Below, piece after piece: positions 7,607 through 18,313 of a stretch of DNA of 55,355 bases. A program made the translations under genes and the position numbers. Source of the DNA: Gemmatimonadales bacterium (GTDB lineage: Bacteria; Gemmatimonadota; Gemmatimonadetes; Gemmatimonadales; GWC2-71-9); contig DASTBA010000104.1 of NCBI GenBank assembly GCA_035712285.1, positions 1 to 55,355 of the forward strand, in the 5' to 3' direction. The notes beneath the pieces were generated by a model. It did not search any database. It had not been told where the DNA came from and saw only the letters and a program-made list of their open reading frames with translations. Each line of letters starts with the position of its first letter. The stretch's first letter is position 1.

Positions 7607-8238
7607 GACCAGAAGCGGGCCCGCAGCGCCGCCCATCCGTCCCACGGCGGCACCGCTTGCCCGTCGATGGCAGCGACAGCGACGATCCCTCGCGCGGCGT
7701 TGAGCACGGCCGCCGGGCAGCCAAGAATGCCGTCCAGGCGCACCCGGGCCTCGACCAGCCGTCCGGCCAGCAGCTGCGACAGGCGCTCCCGCGCCACACT
7801 GCGGAGGACGCCGAGCGCCAGCGGCGGCGCGGCGATTGCACCGCCGGGCTGCCGCCAGACCAGCGCCCAGCGCGACGCCTCCGCCACGAGGCCCTCACCG
7901 GTGAGCAGCAGCGCATCGTCGGCCCCGGCGTGGACCGCCTCATCATGCGCCAGGTCGAACACCAGCCGGTCCTCGGTCTTCCACGGGTACGCGGCATGCG
8001 CGTGCGAAGTGACGCGCAGGGCAATCGAATCGGGAATGGCCGCATCCCGCACCGAGAACGACACGCCACCGGCGGCGACCGCGATGCGCACGACGCGGTC
8101 GGCACCGCCCTCAGGCGCCTCGACATGAGGCAGGCGAATGCCGAGCGTGCCCGAGGCGGCCCGGAGCCGGGCGGCGTGAAGCGGCCAGAGCGGGGCGGTG
8201 CCCTGCTGGACCCGGATGGTCTCAATGAGGACAGTCAC
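7603..8238 (-). CDS. Class IV PLP aminotransferase / aminodeoxychorismate lyase-like protein
   Basis: LIETIRV...LHAARLRAAS N-terminus, PWKT (candidate PLP Lys), ALLLTGEGLVAEAS, LGVLRSVAR; GTG start overlaps the upstream stop; only 211 aa. Confidence 0.75.
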   Translation of the reverse strand: MTVLIETIRVQQGTAPLWPLHAARLRAASGTLGIRLPHVEAPEGGADRVVRIAVAAGGVSFSVRDAAIPDSIALRVTSHAHAAYPWKTEDRLVFDLAHDEAVHAGADDALLLTGEGLVAEASRWALVWRQPGGAIAAPPLALGVLRSVARERLSQLLAGRLVEARVRLDGILGCPAAVLNAARGIVAVAAIDGQAVPPWDGWAALRARFWS

Positions 8239-9119
8239 GTCTCGACCGGCAGCGTGGCCGTGGCGGCGGTGCGCGCCTCCATCCAGGTCCGGATGGTGGT
8301 GGCGCCGAAGATGATGGCCGCGCCGGCCAGCGCCCAGGCACCGGGCCGCTCGCCATGCACCAGCCAGGACCACACCGGATTGAGGGCCGGCTCGACCAGC
8401 AGCAGCAGTGACGCCTCGAACGCCGGTACCCCGGCAATGCCCCGGGCCAGGAACATATAGGCCACGCCGATCTGGACCACGCCGAGGTAGGTCACGACGG
8501 CCCAGTCCGCGACTGATGCATGGTGAACCGGCAGCGCAACAGGCAGGACCACGAGGAAGACCAGCGCGTTCCCCACCACCATGGCCGCCAGCTGCGACCC
8601 GCGCTCGGGACCCGACGCCAGCCACCGGAGTCCCATCACGGTGAGGGCGTAGGTCAGTCCCGAGGCCGCCGCGAGGAGATTGCCGGCCCGCGGGTTGGGT
8701 GCCGTCGCCAGCGGGGCCTGGCGGGTGACGAAGAACAGCACCAGGCCCACCGCGATCGCCACCATGAACCACAGGTCCTTTACCCGGATCCGCTCATGCA
8801 GCAGGAAGGGCGCGAGGATCAGGATGTAGAGCGGGGCGGTGCTCTGGAGGAAGATGGTGTTGGCGGAGGTGGTGAGCTTGTTGGCCACCACGAAGAGAAA
8901 GAGCGTCGCCGCGTAGGCGATGCCCACCATCACCGAGCGCCAGGTATAGCCCCGGCGTGCCTCGGCGAGCAGGAAAAAGAGGGTGAGCGCCGCGATGCCC
9001 GACCGGAAGGCGGCCACCTGATAGCCGGTGAAACTGGCGGCCTTGATGGCGGCTCCGCCGGTCGAGAAAAGCGCGGCCGCCAGGACCAGCTGGAGCCGCG
9101 CCACATTGGATCGCTGCAT
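8235..9119 (-). CDS. EamA/DMT family transporter
   Basis: About 10 hydrophobic segments in two repeats; ANTIFLQSTAP and ASLLLLVEPALNPVWSWL motifs. Confidence 0.9.
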   Translation of the reverse strand: MQRSNVARLQLVLAAALFSTGGAAIKAASFTGYQVAAFRSGIAALTLFFLLAEARRGYTWRSVMVGIAYAATLFLFVVANKLTTSANTIFLQSTAPLYILILAPFLLHERIRVKDLWFMVAIAVGLVLFFVTRQAPLATAPNPRAGNLLAAASGLTYALTVMGLRWLASGPERGSQLAAMVVGNALVFLVVLPVALPVHHASVADWAVVTYLGVVQIGVAYMFLARGIAGVPAFEASLLLLVEPALNPVWSWLVHGERPGAWALAGAAIIFGATTIRTWMEARTAATATLPVET

Positions 9120-9125
9120 GGCGAT

Positions 9126-9131
9126 AAGCTA
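9126..9131 (-). promoter_or_regulatory. -10 element TAGCTT, 6 nt before the ATG at 9119 (leaderless-type internal promoter)
   Basis: Minus strand reads gcTAGCTT-atcgcc-ATG within a 19-bp intergenic gap. Confidence 0.5.
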
Positions 9132-9138
9132 GCGCCGG

Positions 9139-10319
9139 TCAGGGTGTGCCGATACCGTGGCGCCGAAGGGCAGCCCGTACCTCCTCCAGTGGCACCGCCG
9201 GCACCCGTCCCGCCCGGCTTTCCACCGTGGTGGCCATGAACAGCGAGTTGTACACCGCCTCCTCCGTGGCCTCGGCGGCGGCCTCGAAGAGCGGCGACAT
9301 CGCATCATTGTCCAGGTCGCTCACCTGGCGCAGGGAATCCTTCGGGGAGCGCCGCACCGACTCGGCGGTGGAGAAGGCGATGACGTAGTCCCCGGAGCCG
9401 TTCGATGCGTACGACCCGGTGCGCCCCAGCCCCAGCAGCGCCCGCTCGGCAAGCCGGTGCAGGTTGCGGTCGGACAGTGGCGCGTCGGTGGCGATCACGA
9501 TCATGATCGAGCCGTCGGCGCCCTTCTTCGGCACCGTATAGTCCGGCCGCGGCAGTTCCTTCCACATCGGCACACCCGATACCGTGAAGGCGCCGCCGAA
9601 GTTGCTCTGCACCAGGACCCCGACCGTATACTGCGTGCCCCGCCGGGACGACGTCCCGATCCCTCCCTTCCAGCCGAAGGCGATCGTCCCGGTGCCGGCA
9701 CCGACGCTGCCTTCGGTCACCGCACCGGTATCGGCCTGCTGGAGGGCCTGCACCACATCCTCCGGACGGATCGGCCGGTCCCGGATGTCGTTCAGGAGCC
9801 CGTCGTTGGTCTCGCCCACTACGGGGTTGATGGAGCGTACCCGTTCCATGCCCGGCTGGTGGATCAGGTAGTCCACCATCGCATCCGCGGCACGCCAGAC
9901 GCAGAGGGTGCAGGTGAGCAGGATGGGCGTCTCCAGCTCGCCGAGCTCATTCACCTGCGTCGAGCCGAGCAGCTTGCCGAAGCCGTTCCCTACCACGATC
10001 GCGGCCGGCACGCGCGAGAAGAAGAGGTTGCCGCCGTGCGGAATGATCGCCGTGACACCGGTCCGGATCGAGTCGCCCACGACGCGCGTCACCTGCCCCA
10101 CGCGCACACCCGGCACATCGGTGATCGCGTTGTGCGGGCCGGGCGCGAGCCGCCCCGGTGCGACGCCGAGGTCTCGCGCATGCATGCGCTGCTGGGCGCT
10201 GAGGCCGCAGGGAAGCAGCAGAAGTGCCAGCACCCCGATCCGGGCGACCCGATTGCTTCGGGCGCTGCACGCCCTCGCAATGACGCGCGTCCCGCGCCCC
10301 GCCTCTTGCGTCTCGCGTC

Positions 10320-10323
<4 letters not shown>
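9139..10323 (-). CDS. dmpA: DmpA/P1 family L-aminopeptidase/D-esterase (peptidase S58), secreted
   Basis: HNAITDVPGVRVG, NGFGKLLGSTQVNELG, VVGETNDG, GWKGGIGTSSR, autoprocessing site SNGSGD; ATG 10323 overlaps the upstream TGA; h-region IGVLALLLLPCGLSA-QQ. Confidence 0.9.
10251..10285 (-). repeat. Half CGTC-type REP inside the 5' end of dmpA
   Basis: Minus strand CGTCATTGCGAGGGCGTGCAGCGCCCGAAGCAATC with internal hairpin GGGCG/CGCCC; resembles the CGTCATTGCGAG...GAAGCAATC palindrome family. Confidence 0.7.
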
Positions 10324-12314
<1,991 letters not shown>

Positions 12315-12327
12315 GGAAGGCACGCGG

Positions 12328-12349
12328 GGGCGCGACGCAGGTCGCGCCC
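12328..12349. repeat. GGGCGCGAC-gcag-GTCGCGCCC hairpin (REP-like) between hmgA and the acetoacetate-CoA ligase
   Basis: Perfect 9-bp stem in a short intergenic gap. Confidence 0.5.
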
Positions 12350-12351
12350 GG

Positions 12352-13545
12352 TCATGTGGTCGGCGGATTGAATTGCGCGTGCTGCTGGTCCACCCAGCTC
12401 CGGTGGTAGGACTCGTCCTCGATGGCGATCGCCGCCTTGGCGACGTGCAGCGGACGGAACGAGTCCATCATCACGGCGAGTTCATTGGTGGCCTTGGCCC
12501 CGATGCTCGCCTCGGCGCGCCCCGGGTGCGGCCCGTGGGGCAGGCCGTCCGGATGGTGGGTGATGCTGCCGTACTCGATGCCCTTCCGGCTCATGAACTC
12601 GCTGGAGGCATAGAAGAGCACTTCATCCGAATCCACGTTGCTGTGGTTGTAGGGCGCCGGCACCGCGTTCGGGTCGAAGTCGTACGGGCGCGGGCAGAAG
12701 CTGCAGATCACGAAGCCGTCGCCCTGGAAGGTCTGGTGCACCGGCGGCGGCTGGTGAATGCGCCCCACGATCGGCTCGAAGTCGTGGATGTTGAAGGTCC
12801 AGGGATAGAAGTAGCCGTCCCAGCCCACCACGTCGAAGGGATGGTGATCGAGAATCAGCTCGTTGAGTGCGTTGTACTGCTTGACGAGGATGCGGAAATC
12901 GCCCTTCTCGTCGTGGGTCCGGAGCTCCGCCGGGCCGTGAATGTCCCGCTCCGAGTAGGGCGCGCCTTCCACCAGCTGCCCCACGTCGTTCTGGTAACGC
13001 TTGGGGAAGCGGACGTGACCCCGGCTCTCGAAGACGAGCAGCTTGGTCGGGCCGGCCGTCGCATCGAGGCGCCAGCGGTGGAGGATGTTGCGATGGATGA
13101 CGACGTAGTCCCCGTCCCGGTACGGCAGGTCGCCGAACGGCGACTCCAGCACGCCGCGGCCCTCCACCACATAGCCGACCTCGTCGGCCTGCGAGTTCCG
13201 GTAGAAATGGGCGTCGATCTCGTCCGGTTCGACATAGAGCATGGCGATGTCGTTGTTGAACAGGACCGGTACGCGGTCGAGCGTCGGGCTGCCGCCCTTC
13301 TTCACCTGGGCGGTCTTGAAGTGCCGGTGCCTGAGGGACGTATCGTCGTCCTTCTCCCAGACGATCTCGCGGAGGCGCCGCGCCGACTTCACCGTGGTGG
13401 GCGGATAGGTGTGGTACAGGAGCGAGGCGGTGCCGTGAAAGCCCTCGTGGCCCATCAGCTCCTCGGCGTACAGCCCGCCATCGGGCCGCCGGAACACGGT
13501 ATGGCGCTTGGGCGGAACCTGCCCCAGGGTGCGGTAGATCGGCAT
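12352..13545 (-). CDS. hmgA: Homogentisate 1,2-dioxygenase
   Basis: PPKRHTVFRRPDGGLYAEELMGHEGF, QPPPVHQTF, PYNHSNVDSDEVLFY and HPDGLPHGPHPG iron-ligand motifs; start moved to ATG 13545. Confidence 0.95.
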   Translation of the reverse strand: MPIYRTLGQVPPKRHTVFRRPDGGLYAEELMGHEGFHGTASLLYHTYPPTTVKSARRLREIVWEKDDDTSLRHRHFKTAQVKKGGSPTLDRVPVLFNNDIAMLYVEPDEIDAHFYRNSQADEVGYVVEGRGVLESPFGDLPYRDGDYVVIHRNILHRWRLDATAGPTKLLVFESRGHVRFPKRYQNDVGQLVEGAPYSERDIHGPAELRTHDEKGDFRILVKQYNALNELILDHHPFDVVGWDGYFYPWTFNIHDFEPIVGRIHQPPPVHQTFQGDGFVICSFCPRPYDFDPNAVPAPYNHSNVDSDEVLFYASSEFMSRKGIEYGSITHHPDGLPHGPHPGRAEASIGAKATNELAVMMDSFRPLHVAKAAIAIEDESYHRSWVDQQHAQFNPPTT

Positions 13546-13572
13546 GGGATATTCTCTCTGTTTCGTGGCATC

Positions 13573-13620
13573 GGGGGAATCTGCAGGGGCGCACGGCCGT
13601 GCGCCCTTACAGATTCCCCC
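13573..13620. repeat. 48-bp near-perfect palindrome with a GTAG/GTAA-type REP core overlapping the hppD stop
   Basis: GGGGGAATCTGCAGGGGCGCACGG|CCGTGCGCCCTTACAGATTCCCCC, 22/24 matches between arms. Confidence 0.8.
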
Positions 13621-14728
13621 GCTCGGCCTGCTCGCGCTCGATGGCCTCGAACAGCGCCTTGAAGTTCCCCGCCCCGAAGCTCTTCGCGCCCTTGCGCTGG
13701 ATGATCTCGTAGAAGAGCGTGGGGCGATCCTCGACCGGCTTGGTGAAGATCTGCAGGAGATACCCCTCGTCATCCCGGTCCACCAGGATGCCAAGCTCCC
13801 GCAGCGGCGCGAGATCCTCGTCAATGTGTCCCACCCGGTCCAGCACCGTGTCGTAGTAGTTCGAGGGCACGCGCAGGAACTCGACCCCGCGGTCGCGCAG
13901 CGCCGTCACCGTCGTCACGATGTCGTCGGTGGCAATGGCGATATGCTGGCAGCCGGGACCGTGGTAGAAATCGAGGTACTCGTCGATCTGGCTCTTCTTG
14001 CGGCCCTGGGCCGGCTCGTTGAGCGGGAACTTGATCCGGCCGTTGCCGTTGGAGACCACCTTGGACATGAGCGCCGAGTATTCGGTGCTGATGGCCTTGT
14101 CGTCGAAGGAGATCAGGTTGTAGAACCCCATCACCTTCTCGTAGAACCCGACCCACTCGTTCATCTTGCCGAGCTCGACGTTGCCCACGCAGTGGTCCAC
14201 GTACTTGAGGCCCACGGGCGGCGGGTTGTAGCGCGGCTCCTCCTTGCGGAACCCCGGCATGAACACGCCGCGATACCCCTTCCGCTCCACCAGCGAGTGG
14301 ATGGTATCGCCGTAGGTGCAGATGCCGGCAACGATCACCTCGCCGTCGTCATCCTTGAGGGTGCGGGGTTCGTAGGCCACGCGGGCGCCGCGCTCCACCG
14401 CCTTGCGGAAGGCGTCGGTGGCATCGTCCACCCAGAGGGCCAGGTCCTTGACCCCGTCCCCGTGGCGCCGCACGTGGTCCGCGATCGGCCCGTCGGGCCC
14501 GAGCGGCGTGGTGAGGACGAGGCGCACCTTGTCCTGCTGGAGTACGTAGCTGGCCCGGTCGCGGGTGCCGGTCTCCGGGCCGCGATAGGCCACCAGCCGG
14601 TAACCGAAGGCGGCGCGGTAATAGATGCTGGCCTGCTTGGCGTTGCCGACATAGAACTCGATGTAGTCCGTCCCGTTGATCGGGAAGGTGTCGGTGACGC
14701 CCTGGGCGGCCGGAAGTGTGCTGGTCAT
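13607..14728 (-). CDS. hppD: 4-hydroxyphenylpyruvate dioxygenase
   Basis: DYIEFYVGNAKQA, VDHCVGNV, GCQHIA, FYEIIQRKGAKSFGAGNFKALFEAIEREQ; SD GGGAG before ATG 14728. Confidence 0.97.
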   Translation of the reverse strand: MTSTLPAAQGVTDTFPINGTDYIEFYVGNAKQASIYYRAAFGYRLVAYRGPETGTRDRASYVLQQDKVRLVLTTPLGPDGPIADHVRRHGDGVKDLALWVDDATDAFRKAVERGARVAYEPRTLKDDDGEVIVAGICTYGDTIHSLVERKGYRGVFMPGFRKEEPRYNPPPVGLKYVDHCVGNVELGKMNEWVGFYEKVMGFYNLISFDDKAISTEYSALMSKVVSNGNGRIKFPLNEPAQGRKKSQIDEYLDFYHGPGCQHIAIATDDIVTTVTALRDRGVEFLRVPSNYYDTVLDRVGHIDEDLAPLRELGILVDRDDEGYLLQIFTKPVEDRPTLFYEIIQRKGAKSFGAGNFKALFEAIEREQAERGNL

Positions 14729-14757
14729 GCCGATCTCCCTGCTGGCGATATTCCGGA

Positions 14758-14785
14758 AAGGTGTGACCATTCAATATATGTGCAA
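14758..14785 (-). promoter_or_regulatory. Candidate hppD operon promoter / AT-rich regulatory patch
   Basis: TTGCAC-N16-CACCTT with an AT-rich spacer (ATATATTGAAT); weak -10. Confidence 0.3.
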
Positions 14786-14872
14786 GCCCGGGAGGGTCGC
14801 GCATCTCCCGGCCGGCTCACGATGCTCCGGACCAGACGGCTCCCGGCCGCTCGAACCCGAACCCCCGGACTG

Positions 14873-15373
14873 ATGACGCACGACGTCGGACGCCTGTTCG
14901 AGCAATATCATGCACCCCTGGTCCGGATGCTCTGGCGCCGGACCGGGGACCGCGATCGTGCCGAGGAACTGGCGCAGGAGACCTTCGCCCGGGCGCTGGA
15001 GTCGCCGCCCAGCAACCCGCGGCCGTGGCTCTTTGCCGTGGCCCTCAATCTGGTGCGGGAAGATGGCCGGCGCGCCACCCGGCAGGGGCGGCGGCTGCAG
15101 CTCCTGAAGGCCGAGAGCCCCACCACGACGCCGTCGCCCGACGATGAATTCGACCGGCGGGAGCGGCAGGCGGCGGTGCGCGCGGCGCTCGGCATGCTGA
15201 CGGAGCGGGATCGCGAGGCGCTCCTGCTCAAGGCGGAGGGCTTCAGCTACGACGAAATCGCCGCGACGCTCGGGCTGGCGCGGGGAGCCATCGGCACGAC
15301 GCTCGCGCGGGCGCGCAAACGGCTGGTGGAGGCATACCGCGCCGGGGAGGGAGAGCGACATGCAGCATCCTGA
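14873..15373 (+). CDS. ECF (group 4) RNA polymerase sigma factor
   Basis: Region 2 AEELAQETFARA...PWLFAVALNL, region 4 EGFSYDEIAATLGLARGAIGTTLARAR; start 14873 (alternative 14822). Confidence 0.93.
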   Translation: MTHDVGRLFEQYHAPLVRMLWRRTGDRDRAEELAQETFARALESPPSNPRPWLFAVALNLVREDGRRATRQGRRLQLLKAESPTTTPSPDDEFDRRERQAAVRAALGMLTERDREALLLKAEGFSYDEIAATLGLARGAIGTTLARARKRLVEAYRAGEGERHAAS

Positions 15374-16406
15374 CGAGGGGACCCTCCACGCCTGGCTGGA
15401 TGGCGAGCTGGCGCCGGACGAAGTCCCGGCGCTCCGTGCCCACGTGGAGGGCTGCGCCGCGTGCGCCGCACTGATCCGCGAGGCCCGGCAGCTTGTGGCA
15501 GACTCGAATGACCTGATCCTCGCCCTCGATGAACCGGCGGCGGCGGGCCAGACGTCGGAGACCATCCCGACCGGACGGGGCGCTCCGGTTGTTCTTCTCC
15601 CCTACCACGAGCGGCTGGCGCAGCGCCGGGGGAGCTGGCGGCGGGTCATGGCCGTTGCAGCGACAGTGACGGTGGCGGCGGGCGCCAGCTGGTTGGCGTT
15701 CCGCTCGAAAGCTCCCGAGGTCCGGACCGCGTCGAACATCCTCTCCAGCGCACCGGTCTCGGGGGCTGCCACCACCGCCGCCGCACTTGCGAGGGATTCC
15801 CAGGCTGTGGCGAATCCGGCCACGGCTCCGGTGACCGCGCTCAGGCAGGATTCGTCGACGGGCGCCGCAGAGGTCGCAACGCAGAATCCGGCCGTGCCGC
15901 GGGCTGCGGCATCGAAGATCGTCATCGCGCCGATGGAGCCGCGCACCGACGTGGCGCACCCCGCCGCGACCGCGGCCCTCCGGCGGCCGGCACCTCAGCC
16001 GCTGGCCGAGGTCCGGGCAGAACCGGCCACGGAGCCGGCCCCGCTGCTGGCCGCCGATGCCCCGCCGATCACGTCACGCATCGGCCTCGACGAGGCGCGG
16101 GAGCAGCTCGGCGGCAATCTGCATGTCATTGATGGATTGCAGCCCGAAATGGTCGGGCTGGTGCCGGGCCGGCTGGTGCCCGGCGCGGATTCGTCGCGCC
16201 CGGTGGTGCGGGTGGTCTATCTCGATGCCGATGGTCACTCGTTCTTCCTGGACCAGCAGCGGGTCACCAGCGCCTCCGCTGCAGGGGCCCTCATGGCCCG
16301 GATGGCCAGTGTCCCCGGGGAGTGGCGTGCGGGAGACGTGCAGCTCCGCCTCCACGGCGCCATCCCCAAGGACTCGCTGGCCCGACTCCAGCGCCGGGTG
16401 CGGTAG
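15360..16406 (+). CDS. Zinc-finger (zf-HC2/ZAS) transmembrane anti-sigma factor
   Basis: LHAWLDGEL...AHVEGCAAC (HxxxCxxC), one TM helix (VMAVAATVTVAAGASWLAF), Ala/Pro-rich linker, globular C-terminal domain; overlaps the sigma gene by 14 nt. Confidence 0.88.
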   Translation: MQHPDEGTLHAWLDGELAPDEVPALRAHVEGCAACAALIREARQLVADSNDLILALDEPAAAGQTSETIPTGRGAPVVLLPYHERLAQRRGSWRRVMAVAATVTVAAGASWLAFRSKAPEVRTASNILSSAPVSGAATTAAALARDSQAVANPATAPVTALRQDSSTGAAEVATQNPAVPRAAASKIVIAPMEPRTDVAHPAATAALRRPAPQPLAEVRAEPATEPAPLLAADAPPITSRIGLDEAREQLGGNLHVIDGLQPEMVGLVPGRLVPGADSSRPVVRVVYLDADGHSFFLDQQRVTSASAAGALMARMASVPGEWRAGDVQLRLHGAIPKDSLARLQRRVR

Positions 16407-16414
16407 CAGGTCGG

Positions 16415-18313
16415 TCAAGACGCCGAAAGTCCCGCCTGCGCCCGCAGGCGCCGCCGCCGGCCCGGAGTCACGAAGTCCCGGGCGATCGCCTCGCGCACCA
16501 CCCGCGCGGTGAAGAGATATCCCCGCACCTCGGACTCCACCCAGCGCTCCGCTTCGAGCTGATCCAGGGCGGTATTGACCGCCTCCGTGGCGAGGCCGGC
16601 GGCGGCGCCCACCTGCTCGGGCGTGAACCGGTCGTCCATGACCGAGGCGACCGCCAGCACCTCGCGACCCGTGGCGGAGAGCCGGCTGTAATTCACCCGC
16701 ACCGCCGCCGCCAGCGAGTCAGCCGGTTCACTCGGCAGGGTGGCGTCCATCGTGCGTGAAGGCGCGGGCCAGCTTCCGGTCTCGGGCTCGAGACCGGCAT
16801 CGATCGCGCTGAGCAACTCTCCCGCAATGGCCGGAAGACCACCGGTATCGGCCAGCAGCCGGCGGGCGAGCCGTTCGTGCGCCTCTGCCTGCCAGCCGGG
16901 GAACCGGTCCGCTGCGAGCCGTGCGAGCGCCGCAGTGCCGAGGGGAGGGAGATCCACGGCGGCGCCAAGCCAGTCACGCCCCACGTGAGCGCGCGCCTGC
17001 TCCAGTTCCGGGAGGTGCTCGCCATTGCGCACCGTCAGCAGCAGCGTGACCGGGAGGCGGGCGCAGTCCCTCAGCAGGCCAAGCAGGGCGTGCAGCGACA
17101 TCCGGTCGAGCCACTGGACATCATCCACCACCAGCACCACGGGCGCGTCGCTCGCCGCCGCGCGCACGACTTCCGTCAGCGCATGCGCCATGGTACCGTC
17201 CCCACCGGCCACGCCAGGAAACCGTTCCTGCCATTCGGGCAGCGCCCGGGCAAATGCGCTGATGGCATCCCGTGGCGCCCCCGCGATGCCCGGTGCCTCC
17301 AGCAGGCCTCCGCGCGCCAGGGTCAGGACACCGGCCCACTCGGCCGAGACGTCGCCCAGCACGGCGTGCGCGGCGGCAACGGAGGATGCGGTCATGCGTG
17401 CACGGTCCGCGAACTCCTGCGCCAGCCGCGAGCGTCCGCAGCCGTCGGCACCGGCAATGACCAGCAGCGCGCTGCACGAGCCCGCGATGCCGGCGTGCCA
17501 GCTTTCCAGCAGCCGGGCCAGCGGCTCCTCGCGCTCCATGAGCGGCAGCCGGCGATGCTCGGTCGTGGCCGGCACCACCGCCGGCCGACCGCTGCCGGTG
17601 CGTGCCAGGCGGATCTTCTGCTCGAGGCGACGGGTCTCGGCGTCCGGTGTCGTGCCAAGCTCCGCCAGTGACCGCTCCAGCCCGGCGAAGACGCCGAGCG
17701 CCGCGGCGCGATCGCCACCCAGTGCGAGACTTTCCATCAGGCAGCGCGCAGCCGGCTCGGCCGCGCTGTCGAGCTTCAGCGCGCGCCGCGCGAACTCGGC
17801 GGCGGTATCCAGCCGGCCGCGTGAGGATTCGGCGGAGCTCGCCAGCACGAGGGTGTCCAGCATCCGCTGCCGCCAGCGGCGCCGCTCGCCGTCAAGCCAT
17901 TGCTCGAATTCGGCACAGTCGGCCAGGGCGAATCCTTCCAGCAGGTCGCCGGCGACGAGCCGCGCGGCCGCCACCGGATCCCCGGCCTGCGCCAGGTCCC
18001 CGAATGTCACGGCGTCGGCTTCGACTGCGCGGTCACCCAGACGTACCACGCCCACCGCCGAGACAATCGCGTCCGGGCCGCCGGCCCGGCGGATCACGCG
18101 CACCGCCTCGTTCAGTGAGTGCCGTGCCGCGTCCTCGGGCTTGTCGGGCCAGAGCAGGCCGATCAGCTGTTCCCGGGCGCGCGGGCGCCCGGCTTCGAGC
18201 GTCAGATACGCCAGCAGCGCCGCGTGCTTTCTCCAGAGCAGTTCCGGGGGCGGTGCGTCACCGCCCACCCTGACTTCGAGCGGGCCCAGGAGCCGGAGGG
18301 TGATCACCGGCAT
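16415..18313 (-). CDS. SARP/BTAD transcriptional activator with AAA (STAND-like) ATPase domain
   Basis: LRLLGPLEV wHTH start, LIGLLWPD...ARHSLNEA, BTAD (FEQWLDGERRR, AEPAARCLMESL), LPLMEREEPL, Walker A-like GADGCGRS, Walker B VVLVVDDVQW; start 18313. Confidence 0.88.
   Translation of the reverse strand: MPVITLRLLGPLEVRVGGDAPPPELLWRKHAALLAYLTLEAGRPRAREQLIGLLWPDKPEDAARHSLNEAVRVIRRAGGPDAIVSAVGVVRLGDRAVEADAVTFGDLAQAGDPVAAARLVAGDLLEGFALADCAEFEQWLDGERRRWRQRMLDTLVLASSAESSRGRLDTAAEFARRALKLDSAAEPAARCLMESLALGGDRAAALGVFAGLERSLAELGTTPDAETRRLEQKIRLARTGSGRPAVVPATTEHRRLPLMEREEPLARLLESWHAGIAGSCSALLVIAGADGCGRSRLAQEFADRARMTASSVAAAHAVLGDVSAEWAGVLTLARGGLLEAPGIAGAPRDAISAFARALPEWQERFPGVAGGDGTMAHALTEVVRAAASDAPVVLVVDDVQWLDRMSLHALLGLLRDCARLPVTLLLTVRNGEHLPELEQARAHVGRDWLGAAVDLPPLGTAALARLAADRFPGWQAEAHERLARRLLADTGGLPAIAGELLSAIDAGLEPETGSWPAPSRTMDATLPSEPADSLAAAVRVNYSRLSATGREVLAVASVMDDRFTPEQVGAAAGLATEAVNTALDQLEAERWVESEVRGYLFTARVVREAIARDFVTPGRRRRLRAQAGLSAS

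Noticed and set aside
14805-14849. Direct repeat CTCCCGGCCG upstream of the ECF sigma gene
   Set aside because: 90% GC 10-mer; likely by chance in this composition.
13544-15373. 609-aa ORF that appears to fuse anti-hppD sequence to the ECF sigma factor
   Set aside because: Only the last 166 aa are sigma-like; the rest is the open antisense frame of hppD. The same artefact extends ompA (20485), the epimerase (27472), chrA (39887) and mfd (52385).
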